In this document: positions 47,101-60,600 of the stretch, piece by piece | Layout: each line of letters starts with the position of its first letter | Position numbering within the stretch: position 1 is the first letter of the stretch | Source of the DNA: Anthoceros angustus | Lineage: Eukaryota > Plantae > Anthocerotophyta | DNA length: 64,000 bases | Assembly: GCA_010909165.1 (NCBI GenBank) | Contig: MU008167.1 | Span: forward strand, 1,302,001-1,366,000 | Direction of reading: 5' to 3' | Translations under genes and position numbers: made by a program | The notes under the pieces: generated by a model | Seen by the model: only the letters and a program-made list of their open reading frames with translations | Told to the model about the DNA's origin: nothing | Databases searched by the model: none

Positions 47101-49764
47101 CATGCCGCTCTGTCTTGCATGATGGGCTGCAGGAAAAGGTTCAGGTTCTCTGGGTTCCAGTCTATTTGGCTGGGGTAGCACCAGGGGCACTTTCTCAAAT
47201 GGCCCTCGTCCGAAGCCGATTGACCACATCTTTCAGTTTCACAAAGCCATTAGAAAGGACTTAGAATATCTTGATATCGAGTCTGCCAAGCTCTCTGACT
47301 GTGATGATGAATTCCTGAGGCAGTTTAGTGGGAGGTTCACGTTCTTACAGGGTCTTTATCGGGCCCACAGCAATGCTGAAGACGATATTGTATTTCCAGC
47401 ATTGGAAGCGAAGGAGGCTCTCCATAATATCAGCCATTCATACACTATTGATCACAAACAGGAAGAACAGCTTTTCGCAGACATTTCTCAGGTGTTTTCT
47501 GAGCTTCTCGCTCTCCATAGTAAAACCAAAATGGAGTTGGGAGTAGAGAGGGATTGGTCTAGAGAGGTTGACATTGGGAGTGATGTGGGTAAACGGCGGG
47601 AGGTTGCTTCTAAACTGCAGCGAATGTGCAAATCTGTCCGGGTTAGCCTGGACCAACATGTGTCTAGAGAAGAAGTCGAGTTGTGGCCTTTGTTTGATGT
47701 ACATTTTACAATAGAAGAGCAGGATAACATTATCGGTCGAATCATTGGGACAACAGGAGCTGAAGTTTTACAGGCAATGATTCCTTGGGTTACCACAGCT
47801 CTCACAGAAGAGGAGCAAACCACCATGCTGAGTACATGGAGGCAAGCTACTCGGAATACTATGTTTGATAAGTGGCTAAGTGCTTGGTGGAAGGAGTCAC
47901 CAGACTCTGTCCCTGAATCTATGTGTTCGCCATCAGATAAAGATGCTTTCCCACCCTCAGGGACCAGTGAATCCCTTCAGATGGTGGCAGATTATCTGGA
48001 ACTGACAAACCAGGAAAATAAGGGGTCGTCAGAGCCTCCCCCCGAAGAGGCGAGTACTGAGCTTAAATGTTCTGAAATGCCAGAGAGTATCGGTGCCAGG
48101 CCTGAACATGCTAGTGATGGTGCCAGGCCTGAACATGGTAGTGATGGTTGGCGTTCAGTGTCATCATTCGACAATAAGGAAACCGACAGTGAAAAGTTCA
48201 GGCCAGGGTGGCAAAGTATCTTTCGCATGAATCAGAAAGAAGTGGAGGCTGCCATAAGAAAAGTCTCCAGTGACAGCTCCCTCGACCCTCGTCAAAAATC
48301 TTATCTCATTCAGAACCTTATGACCAGGTGGGATAACAAGCCTTGCTCTGTCTGTTTTATGGACAGTTGACTTTGCAGACACACTAGCATTTGAATATAT
48401 TTCCCACGAGTGTATAATTGCTTTGAATATGCCTGGAGATATTCTTATCGGTGGATCTTTTCTGGGTCAGCCGTTGGATTGTGGCTCAGCAGAAGTTGAC
48501 ACAATCAGAGGCAGATAAGGGGTTGGATTCGGTGGGAGATGTACCTGGGCGGGTGAGGTCGTTTCATAATGAGGATACCGGAGTATATGGCTGTGAGCAT
48601 TACAAGAGGAACTGCAAACTTCGTGCTGCTTGCTGTGGTTCTCTCTTCACGTGTCGATTTTGCCATGACAAAGTCAGTGACCACAGTATGGACAGGTAGT
48701 GGCTGATGTAAAGCTGGCATAAGGAATGTTGAAGGCAACAAACATGATGTTGGCCTTATCTGACAAAGGCTTTCTCTTTCAGGCATGCTACTGTGGAGGT
48801 GATGTGCATGAAGTGTTTGGAGGTCCAGCCTGTGTCTCAATATTGTATCACTCCCTCATGTGATGGATACCGTATGGCACGCTACTTCTGTAGCATCTGC
48901 AAATTTTTTGATGATGATGGCAGGTGCTGTGTTCTGCACTAACTTACCCTCTTGTTCCTCATGGTGGTGGTTGGCTTATGGAATGGGTTGCTCTAAACTG
49001 TGCTTCATTTTGTGTGCAGGGACATATACCACTGTCCATCTTGCAACCTTTGCAGAGTGGGGAAGGGACTTGGTATAGACTTCTTCCACTGCATGACTTG
49101 CAATTCCTGTATGTCTAAAAGCCTCACTAGTCACAAGTGTCGGGAGAAAGGACTTGAGTCCAATTGTCCCATTTGTCATGATTTTCTGTTTACTTCAAAC
49201 ACTCCAGTGAAGGCTCTTCGTTGCAACCATTTCATGCACTCAGCTTGCTTTCAGGTGAAGGTTTTATCTACTGGCCAGCCTATGGCTTGTCTTCAGTGTT
49301 TCTTGCATGGCAGCTTTGGAAAACTCAGTTGTCATGATTGGCATGGTGCAGGCATACACTTGCAGCAACTACACCTGTCCAGTGTGTAGCAAGTCGCTTG
49401 GAGATATGTCGGTATGTCTCTTCAGCTTAGGTGCCCTGGTCTATGTGGCACAATTGGTTGCAAAGCTGCCTTTCTTACTAAACAGTGTGTGTGGTAGGTA
49501 TACTTCGGGATGCTTGATGCCTTATTGGCTGCAGAACGGCTTCCAGATGAGTATCGCAGTCGTCGGCAGGTGTGTGGGTGGTTGCAGTCTAGTCAATTGT
49601 TTGAATCATGACACTCACGTGGAGAACCTGTCAAACAAGTCTAATTTTATGTTCTTGAACAGGAAATCCTTTGCAATGACTGTGAACAGAAAGGGACGGC
49701 AAGGTTTCACTGGTTGTACCATAAATGTGGCACTTGTGGATCTTACAACACTCGAGCAATCTGA
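44154..49764 (+). CDS. BTS: BRUTUS/HRZ-type hemerythrin-CHY-RING E3 ubiquitin ligase (iron sensor); carries an intra-exonic 311-bp duplication
   Basis: MATPL start, three HHE regions (FHKAIRAEL, WHTAIRKEL, FHKAIRKDL), GCEHYKRNCKL, CPICHDFLF and the end GSYNTRAI*. Short GT-AG introns. Confidence 0.95.
46780..47408 (+). repeat. 311/310-bp tandem duplication inside the large BTS exon
   Basis: 46780-47090 and 47091-47400 are identical except for one missing G (gcagggaaaa vs gcaggaaaa). ATTGGAAG microhomology lies at 46780, 47091 and 47401. Confidence 0.97.
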
Positions 49765-50501
49765 GACTTCAAGAATGGCGCCTTGTTTCCATGGTCAGAA
49801 CAAGTCTTCTCACATTTCAGCAAGCGAACTGTTGTGACGTTTTCGTTCTGCTGTCATTCTGCTGTTTTCATTCATGTTTGACCAGTTGTTCTAATGACAG
49901 CAAGTGGATGATGGGAGCCTAGCACTCGAGACATACAGATTCTTCACATCTTACGCTTTAGACCGGACCGTGGTACGTCTCATCGTTTGCCAGTTCCTGG
50001 AAGAGAGTTGGCGAAAGTGGAACCAGAGTCCCCCAACCTGAGCTCCCGTTGTTTGGCAGGTTTGGAGCCAAAACGTTTCGAAGGGTGGAGACGCAAGTGG
50101 CACTTCACCATAGAGTATAGTGGCCGAATCAACGTATGGTGACGAGAAGAGGGTGAGCGTGTAAATGATGTGTATATTACAAGTGGGTATTTATTTCTGG
50201 ATGTTAACAACTCGAAGTACCCCTGCGATGTATTGTTGGATTGTTAGCTACGTTGGAACTTTTTCGAGATTACCTCGCCACCACTGGCACGCCTACCATA
50301 TCTTGTAACAACTACCTGATGTCACTGCCCATACGCAGTTTTGCTCTTACCAATTTAACTCGTAGAATCAAGGCGATAATTTCAGGCCCACTTGCTTGTT
50401 CTTCTGATTGAAGTATTGAAAAATACAAAAAAATGAACACAATTTGTTGGGATCCACGTCTCATTGCGTAGAAAGAATCAAGCTGTGCTGAAAAATCTTT
50501 T

Positions 50502-52123
50502 TCACGGCAGAGGCTCCTGGACATTGCCCAGTCGGTTCAGATGTAGGTACGCATCAGTTCCTGCACATCGATCAGACAAGAAACCGTGAAATTTTAGATG
50601 CTGGATGTATCATTTAAGGCAAAGCAATCGATGCTTAATAGGCCAGGGAAGAACGTACCGTAGCCCTCCATGGAAATGACCTGCAAATCCCCGCCAAAAT
50701 ATCTTGCATAAAGTCTACTAATTGGCAACCCATAGCCATATCCAGCCATAACCTGTGGCATCTCTTGTAACTGGCTCACTGATGTTTTGGCTGTGCTGTA
50801 TAAGTAAGTCCAAATCTTGGGTAAGCCACTTCGCGGAATGCCACCCCCCTCATCAGATATCTATAGTGAAGATGTCAAAAGAACAAATCAATACAAAATA
50901 ATGGCCCAGCTTAAACGAAACTCCGTCTCTTTCAAAATTCGGACCAGACCACCTGACCTTAATTGTTACATCTTCCAGACCATCAGCAACAACCACCCTG
51001 ATGGGTGGGTAGTCACGATCGTCATCCTGAAACCTCTCTTGAACAGCTCGCAGAGAGTTCTTGACGAGTTCGAAAAGCATCTGATGTAAATGTGTTGGTA
51101 CATACCTGCAAGCATGGAAGACACGGCGCAAAAAGGCATACAGACATTAGTTGGTAACAGAGATGAGATGAGATGAGAACGATTACTGCCAATCTGAGAT
51201 ATGGCATGAGATATAAGAGACATGGATCTACTTACGCAAATGTGAAATGTGGGTCACCAAAGACGTGAACCTCTGGAGCACTGCCATAAGTCCGCATACA
51301 CGCTGATCGAGCATCATCGATCGCATTCTTGGCAATCTCCACTGGTGAAACGTTTGTACATATCAGGCCAATATAACCAGGAGGCGGATGTTGGTGGTGC
51401 AGAGCAACGTGCTGTCCTGTCAATTCACATAGAGAGACTTTAAGTTTAGTACAAGCAACTAAGCCTAGAAAACGTGGAAAGGATAGAACGATGTGGAAGT
51501 GCAGAGCTGCTACTGACCTATCAGCATTCGAATCCCAATTCGGCTCATGTAGAATCGATCCAGAAACTGATGGATTTCCGGAAGCTCGTTCAGGCCCACC
51601 TTGCGGCCCAGATCTTCCTTCAACTCCTGGATTCCCATGGCCATCGTTGGCACCACATTATTGTGCCGAATTTTGATCTGGTGTATCAACTCCGTGAACT
51701 TCTGCTCATCCGCAGCATCCTGGATCTCTGGGAAGATTCTCAAGTCCTTGAACGAGTCCACATACCAGTCCCTGACCTTCAGCCAAACCCACAAACATGT
51801 CAAAACACGTCCAAACACTCCAGTCAGCTCCCATCACCTCATCAGGTCTAACCCAACGACAAGGGCAGCAGTACCTTGAGAACAGGGCTCTTTAGAGACA
51901 GCCCCTGAGGTAGATTATCAAGCTCCGCCACGCGGTGAGCCAGCCGAACCGGCAGCTCCTTGTGCAGAAACTGGGCAGACACCAGGAGATTCCTCTCGGT
52001 AGGATAAGACCCGAAATCCATCATGTACTTCAGGCTAACTCCTGTCTGCTTCTTCAGACTGCACTTATAGATGTCGTCCAGGACACTTCTAGCCACCGAT
52101 TCCGCCAATCTCTTGGCTGCCAT
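50502..52123 (-). CDS. PDK: Mitochondrial pyruvate dehydrogenase kinase
   Basis: [71 protein letters not shown] and the end [19 protein letters not shown]. Multi-exon. Confidence 0.96.
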
Positions 52124-53113
52124 AGCTCCCTCTTGCAATCCCTTTGCACTAAGCCCACCCTACAGAACCCAAAACCGCACAACCCCGGCCAGATCCCTCC
52201 CCAGCTCAGCCCACATCCTCCAATCACCTCCTCAGCTTCTGATCCCAGCGCCGGAGCTCATCTCCCACCACAGCCCTAAGCGCCCATGCTGCCATCTCCG
52301 ATCCACACAAGCCTGATTCACCCAATTCCACCTACAACACACTGAGCCCCTCACACACGTTTCGAACCAGGTGAGAGACAGCATATGGAATTCCAGGAGT
52401 CCCGGTTTCGCACGCCCTGGATACGAAACGATTGTGGGCAGGACAGGCTCTTCCGCGGAAGAAAGTACGAGAAGCGCCAGGACTTTGGTGAGCCTGTCCC
52501 CTCCGACTTCGGCAACGGCCGCATTACAGTATTCACATTCCAGCGGTGCCTCTGCCCGAGGACTGTGAGCCACTTCTACAGAATCGCGCTTCTTTGGTCG
52601 GGTGGAAAGAATATGCACCCGGGGCAAACGTGGTCCACCACAGCTGCCTTACAGTTGGCGGATCAGTGTCTGCCTGCCAGTACAGGATTCGTTGCAGGGT
52701 CCATCATCTGTTCATCGGTTTCACAGCGACCCACCTCGTATCATCTCTATGAAGGCTACTGCAACAGTATGTGACTCGATAAGTTATCCGTCCTTCTCGT
52801 CATCCGTAGCGGCCTGGTTCTATCCGACACTGCGGATTCAGCCTCAAGACATCATGTCTGCTTGCTTGCAACCCACGCTGCTGACGTCTGCTCCTTGCCG
52901 TGAGTGAGACTCTACCAAATGACATCACATGGCATGCTTTTGTTGCGTACACCGAGGGTGACGACACCATCACCACACTTACGTATATATGCCATCGGCA
53001 GGAAGGCTGCAGTAAAATGTATGGCTCAATAGTTGTGCTCTTGATCAACACCTGTGGATGCTAAGGCTATTTAGTGTTGAGCAGAAATCGAGAAGCTGGG
53101 GTGGAGACATTGA

Positions 53114-53942
<829 letters not shown>

Positions 53943-54088
53943 CGTCCTCCCCCCTCGTGCCTTCAGCTGGTGCTTTATGAATGTAGTGCCAGCAAGGTGT
54001 GGAAAATTCTATCTAATTTCCCCTACCAAGCTTGAAAGGCTTCTTGAAAGGAGAAAGAGAAACCTTAGTCCTCGTGGCTGCAGCACCG

Positions 54089-54547
54089 ATGGCGACCCTG
54101 AGCTCCGTCATAGCGTCGTTAACGTTGCTGGGCCAGCCGTTTCCGGGCTCTGCATGCGGGCAAGCTCGTCCGCAGAGCAGTAGCAGGAGGAGCAGCGGAG
54201 TGGGCGTGGCCAGAGCGCAGAGGGAACAGGCCACAGCACCCGAGGCCACCCAAAACGAAGCTGCTCCCGCCGCCGAGGAGAAACAGGGCTTCCCTCCAGG
54301 CTCCTGTCAGAGCTGCGGGAGGGTGGAGATGGTGGGCGGGTGCAACGGGGAGGGCAGGATTCAGGGCGGAATCGGAGCAGTGCCCGGGTTCGGGTGGTGG
54401 CCCATCAAAGCTTACAGGCCGTGCCCCGCCTTTGTGGAGGCTGGAGGGAGGTACAGGAGAACAGGGCAGAGCCTGGACGAGGTGGCATTCGGGAGGAAGA
54501 GGAAGGACGATGACTTGGACATCTCCCAGAGGCTCAGAGGGCGCTGA
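54089..54547 (+). CDS. Small, probably plastid-targeted conserved protein with a DnaJ-like Cys/Gly motif
   Basis: ATG at 54089 and a Ser/Arg-rich transit-like N-terminus. The domain CQSCG..GGCNGEGRIQGGIGAVPGFGWWPIKAYRPCP..GGRYRRTGQSLDEV looks conserved. Confidence 0.75.
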   Translation: MATLSSVIASLTLLGQPFPGSACGQARPQSSSRRSSGVGVARAQREQATAPEATQNEAAPAAEEKQGFPPGSCQSCGRVEMVGGCNGEGRIQGGIGAVPGFGWWPIKAYRPCPAFVEAGGRYRRTGQSLDEVAFGRKRKDDDLDISQRLRGR

Positions 54548-55595
54548 GGCTGAGGATGTATGGGACCCATCTTTTCCCTGCTGCAAGCATGCATCTGTTT
54601 CACCATCGACGGATTTATGTGGGTTCCTGTGTGCAAGGCAAAGGATTTGTTGGGTGCATTGGGCGGTCGAAGGGATCCTACATCAACGCAGGTTAGGACA
54701 ACAATGTGGCAATCTTGAAGTAGAGTGTTGACTTGTAAGGTTATTGAAGACTCAGAAGTGAGATGCAAATTCAAGCAAATGTGTGGTCATTGGGATCTGA
54801 GTAGGACATCATGGCTTTCCACCATGTCCATTCCGTCTCCGTGTTCGTCCAGTGTCGTGCAAGGCCAAGCTCGTGTCTTGGTAGTTAATATGTCCCAACA
54901 AATAAGTGAATGTCTCTAACTCTAATGCTTTCAAAGCATTATTGGCACAGTTGCACATTGGTACCGAGTTTTGAATTTGGATTTCCTGGAGGACATAGAC
55001 TTTTCAACAACAGCGGGCTGGAATAGAGTTCCCAATTAGGAGGCCGACTCTATCAAGAGTAGAGTCATACTCCTTGAGATTACGCCCGAGGGCTATATAT
55101 ATGTAGCTCTTATGCATCATGTATTTATATTCAATTTAAAGCATATATTAAGAGTAGAGTTATAATTCTCAAGATTCCACAAAGCCCAAGGGCTATATAT
55201 GTTGTGCTCCTATGCACCATATATTATCTTGAATGAGCTCATAGAAGTAAGTGACTATATAGCTCTACTATTCGCCCAAGCGAGAGATGAACGCGTTCGA
55301 CTAATTGATTGAGCGGCTTATCTCGCTCGAGGAAACCAACCAACGACCGGGCCCATGGGAATTGGGGAGATTAGGATGCCATCTATTGCCATTCTTCTCT
55401 CGCTGTGTTGATCCTGTGGCGTAGCTTGATTGTGTGGAGTCGAGTTCCATCGCCCACGTCTTTGAGGCTTCCAAAGGGGTGAGTTGGAGTACGACATGGA
55501 TGCGAGTACGTTGTATGGAGGCGGTACCTCTGAAGTTGAGGCCATGATCCAGCTCGCCGGAGCCCGATGCGGTCGCGTAGTGTGCAAAGCGTGGA

Positions 55596-56674
55596 ATGCG
55601 GCGTGGCGGCGTCCCCATGTTGTTGCGGGATAGGTTGGAATGGCGGCGGGTGCGTCGGAATGCATCTTTGTTCGTAGTAGGCATATGCCACTCCCACATT
55701 GCCTCCTGCATCTACAACCCCGCGTCCGGCAGTGGCAACATCGACTCCCGCCATGGCTGCGAGCTCTGGGGTACCGATAGCCCACAAGGTATGGTGGAGC
55801 TCCTGGGACGGAGGATCGCGATCCACAGCGGCGGCGTGCGATGAGCACCACATACATGCGAGGCACGGAAAATAGTCATCCGCCGACGGCAACGGTGGCC
55901 AACTCTTGGACCAGACTGCCAAAGCTCCCGCGAGCTAACTTGCGCATCCACCATGTGTTGGGCGTCTTTGTGGATGCCAGGGCGCGTTGCTTCAAGCTTG
56001 TGGTGTTGTATGAGACGCGAACATATGTGGGTGACCTGGACAAGCCCCTGTCCACATTCGTCTTTGATTCCGCACTAGGGAGCTGGAGTGATACAACCGG
56101 CGCCTTGCCCGGAAACCAGGCCTTGAACTCCACCTTGTCCGATCATCAGGGAGTGTTTATAGGCAACGTGCTCTACTGCGTTGCAGGAGACTGCATCGAT
56201 GGTCATTGCAATCTGCTAGCCTACGACCGAGCGGGCCATTTGGGCGGTTGGTCGCATCCCATGCCTTCCCGATCATTCGACATACTCTCGCAACCTCGTC
56301 AATGTGCGAGACCGCGCTATGCGTCCCCAGGCGAGACACGAGGAAAATATAATGTGTCTGATTTGGAGCGGGTTTCGCGAGCATGACTGACGCAGTGGAC
56401 GCCATGCCCGCACCCATGTGCATTGATTTCTGGGAAATGGTGCTGCCTACGAATGCTCCCAATTTTCAATGCGAGTACGTCGCGCATCAAGCTTAAGGTC
56501 GTGGCCTCGCAAGACTTCCAAGTATACATCATGAACGCAGGCTCAAGATGGTGCATCTCGACATGCGAACACTGCGGCTTGGAGTGGTTGCCCTCGTGGC
56601 CTTCACGATCATCTTGTGAGGAAGAGCCTTCATCGCCACGATCCTTTTTGGACTTGGCATGGAAGCAAGTTTAG
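55596..56674 (+). pseudogene. Degenerate F-box-associated beta-propeller gene
   Basis: Fragments in different frames: CIYNPASG, NSWTRLPKLP, FKLVV, FVFDSALGSW, GVFIGNVLYC. No intact F-box or full ORF was seen. Confidence 0.55.
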
Positions 56675-57699
56675 GAAAATGTGTTTGAACTTGGATCACT
56701 TCTAAACTAGATATATAGTTAGTGGCACTCATCACATTCACTTATCACTTTCGAGAAAGTAGGCTCGCGCAGAGGAGCTGACACACGCGAGAGTTCCACG
56801 CAATCAATCATACATGTAGGTGATATTGGGCCAAACATGAGGGAAGCCCATCCCTACAATAATATTTCCCCACATGACTATTAACCCATGGAGTTCCTCC
56901 CATGTTTGGCACACTCAAGCTCTCTTAGGTGTGCCAATGGTACTTAGAATGCATTGTTGGACGAATGTTACTTTATCTCATTTTCGGATCGGATAGATAG
57001 GATCTCAAGTTCAACGCAATGGATTGAGGAGTGTAATGTAGTACCAATGCATCTTTTAAGTTTCGATCCTCGAAAGTAAAGCTAAAAAAAACCTCTTAAA
57101 GTTCGGATAGTTTTAATTTTGTTGGATCTTAAAATATCGCCTCAGATTATTTTGTTATTAGAGATAAAATGAAAAGGATTAATTTGTCAATGTATGGTGT
57201 CAAATTTTGGATAAGCTTCACTCCTATTGTCATCTCCTAAAGGTTTTGAAAGTACACCATTAGCGATGATCCACCATATATGTCATAAGTGTTTATGGCT
57301 AAAGATTACATTTATGGAGTCTCCGTATTTCAAAAATAACGTGAAAAGGGAAAATTTAGATGTAGCATGAAGTGGTAGTCTATGTATGTTGTTCTAGGGC
57401 CGTCAGATATTTGATAATTGATGTAAGGCCCTTCGGGGTCCTCTAATCTACATGGAACGCAATAGTCTGACAAAGTCACCAAAATGAAATGTATCTTGTT
57501 CACTTGGATGTACATCTTGTGCGTATTCACGATTGACAAACAAACCTTTGCTCGATGTCCAACCTAGCACTGTGCGCTTTGCATTAAGGTTTGTTTGATG
57601 ATCCTTCGCAGTGTGGGAACCTAGAGGGGTTCTAAGAACACCGAAAGGAGACAACAACCATGTTTGTAGCCGCACCTCTAGTGCCCCTCCCCTTTCCAC

Positions 57700-60600
57700 C
57701 GCCCCGGCCCCTAAACTAGCTTATAGTGCGGTCACCGGACAGCGCCCTTCCACCACGTGCTAAACATGGGGCCCGGTTGTTTGCTGCCCATCCACAAAGT
57801 CTACTCGAGTTGACTTCTTGAGTAGGTCATTTGTGTTGTCGACGACCCAATCCGCGTGCTCGGCAAAGTTGAACCCTAGGTTTTGATATGGACATTACTA
57901 TAACCTCTAAAACATCATACAGCTTTGAATTTTTCATGAAAGACGAAGCTCAAGGCGGGACATACTCGAGCAAGACCAACCTCACCAGACTCGGGATAGT
58001 CCGACGAGTATACTGAGATACGCAGCCGGGACGGATACCCGAATAGTATACGATACCCCAAATGTAGTATACTCGGGCCCCAACCTCACCAGACTGGATG
58101 TCCCAAAGAGCGAGTATGCCTGACATCGCAGTATACTTGGGACAGTCAGAAACATACCCAAGACAACCCCAACAAGAACATACTGGACAATCCCCACCTC
58201 ACCACTCGGACCCCCGTCTACAATCAAGCGACAAACAACTCAAGGTAAGAGGTGTCATGGCGACCCAATTGATAATACCAGCATATTCCAAGTATGGATA
58301 TTTTGCAAAAATCGTATAGAAATTCTCTTTTCAAGATATAGGTAATCAGGCTTTCCTCGCTTAAATGGCCTGTTAGTGCTAACCCTAGGTTAGGAGACAA
58401 GTTTGCAAACCCTACTGCAGGCTAGTTAGAGCGGGTTGCATAAACGTGGGAAGGCAACGCCAAGGGCGCGGGAGCAAGCAGAATGATGAAGCAAAGCTGA
58501 GCAGAATGTTGGTGAGAGGCACGCATGAAGATGGCGTGTTGGATCAAACGGCTGCTAGGGCAAGAATCAAGCAGTGTTGAAGTCGCACTTTGTAGCGTTG
58601 TACATAGGAAGGACCCGCCTCTAACTGGAGAAAAGCTCAATTTTGGGGATCCGCTCGAGATTCATGAGAGATGTGCAGCACTATTGGGTGTGATTTTCTA
58701 ACTCTTAGCCATGGCAAACCGCTGTGGCTCGATGCTTGTGAGCATTCTACAAGACATGGCGCTCAAATTGTCACTTCAACAACCGATTTCGATTCAGATT
58801 GGAAATATGGAGCCTAGGGAGTGGGGCGGCGAAACAACGCCGAGCATTTACAGCAAGGCACCACCCTAAAGGCAACTTTGGGATCATAGTAGGTATCACA
58901 TAGACCCAGTAGCAACGCCTGTGCTTGTTGGGACCTGTGATCTATAGGTTGATTGCACAGCAATGTAGAGATTGTGATTTTTACATTTCCATTCGTGGTT
59001 TTCTTGGTTGACATTCCGGTAGGAAGGCACTAATTTGAGTGCATCCTTTTATCAATTTGAGGAGGGATTTGACCAAGTTCAGGGTTCTCCTGTTGCTGAT
59101 TTGAGAGGGGAGCTGACCATTTCAGTGCTTGCTTTCATGGGTGATGCACCCAAACGAGATTGAGACCAGTCCACGCTACCGACTTCGAACTCGTGACATT
59201 CCCAGCAAGATTACCCCTGAGCGAGTGCAAGCAAGGAGGACGTGGGCAGCCAGGAGGCAGCAGCAGTGGCAGGAGGACGTTGGAGACAACATTCGGCCTC
59301 CAACACCGCTTGTCCTCGCCCTAATGGTTACCCTTGTTACCGCATCCCCACTTGCAAGTTTCGACTCTCGCAGCAAGGCATCCACGACCTGCCAGGAACA
59401 CCTTTCTTTTGGGACAGGCCCATCCACACCCATAGCAGCCCCCATACCATACTGACAGAACGGTGATTTTCTCATGGAGGAGGAGGACTATCATATAGGC
59501 GTGAGAGATTCTCGTGAAGGCTAGGTCTCAATTACTGGGATTTCCGTCGCTTTATCAATGGCATGATCAACCGAGTGAAGTTCAAGACGGTCCTACAACC
59601 ACTTATACATGTTTGAGCTACTGGGTACCCAGCGGATGAGGCTTTAGATCTGTATGAGATGCACCGCATGATCTGTCCAAAGCCCAATCCTCTTTTCCGT
59701 GCCCCAGCCTACATGCATGGCAATCAATGCTCACTAGGCGGATGTGGCCAAACTTTCGTTGACGGTGAGCCGAGCGCACACTAATCCCATGTTGTGTAGT
59801 ATGTGGTTCGATCCCAAGGGAAGGATCCGTTCCGTTTAGCTTACTATTCGCCTACTCCGGTTCCTAACTTATCTCATCCGCCTGTGATCTAGAAAACCTT
59901 CCGCCTGTCGTTACAAGTGGTGACGCCAGGTGGATCATATCTACTACCGAAAGCAGAAGCACCGAATCTCCTTCAGGGAGGCGTGAGGCACACATCGGGC
60001 GTGCGGTGGCACTACTAGGGCAATCGCCTAGCTACACAAGTGTAGACTGGAGGCGGAACTCGAGGTACTCACCTTTCGACGAATCGACCGTAGGTCCATA
60101 CTACCCTTCCGATCGGGCCCCTCTAAGGTTGGCAACCTCGAACCCAAGCTGCATTTCACCGTCCCGAACCACCTACTACTTACCCTCCGCTCACCTTCCT
60201 TGATGCTTCATAAATCACACTACCGTCTGTGCCCTAGATGGCCAAATGTTTAAGGACCCGTTCGCCCCGCCTCTCATCTCGGGAGTCCTCCTCCCACTCC
60301 ACTGCTTACTTTCACCTCGCACCCCACGGTGCCCGACGGCGTGCATCGCAAAGGTCGAGCCGCAAGACTCCACGCTCACTCTCCGGCCCCACCGACCCCG
60401 GCGCTTTACACACCTCTCGTGACCGGGTCAGGCCCGATCTCGCTGCTCTACGTCCCGCAGCAAGGGTCACGCCTCTCCAAACCCGCAATCACCTCCATAA
60501 TGCTAGGGGTTTGTCACTGCATCCTAGATAGTCCTCTCAAGTAGTCCACCCGCCGTGTGACTGGCCTCGCTCTTGCACTTAGCTCACAGGAGCCTACATG

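Noticed and set aside
48092-48146. 27-bp duplication GARPEHASD/GARPEHGSD in BTS
   Set aside because: It is in frame and in a variable linker; this is ordinary slippage.
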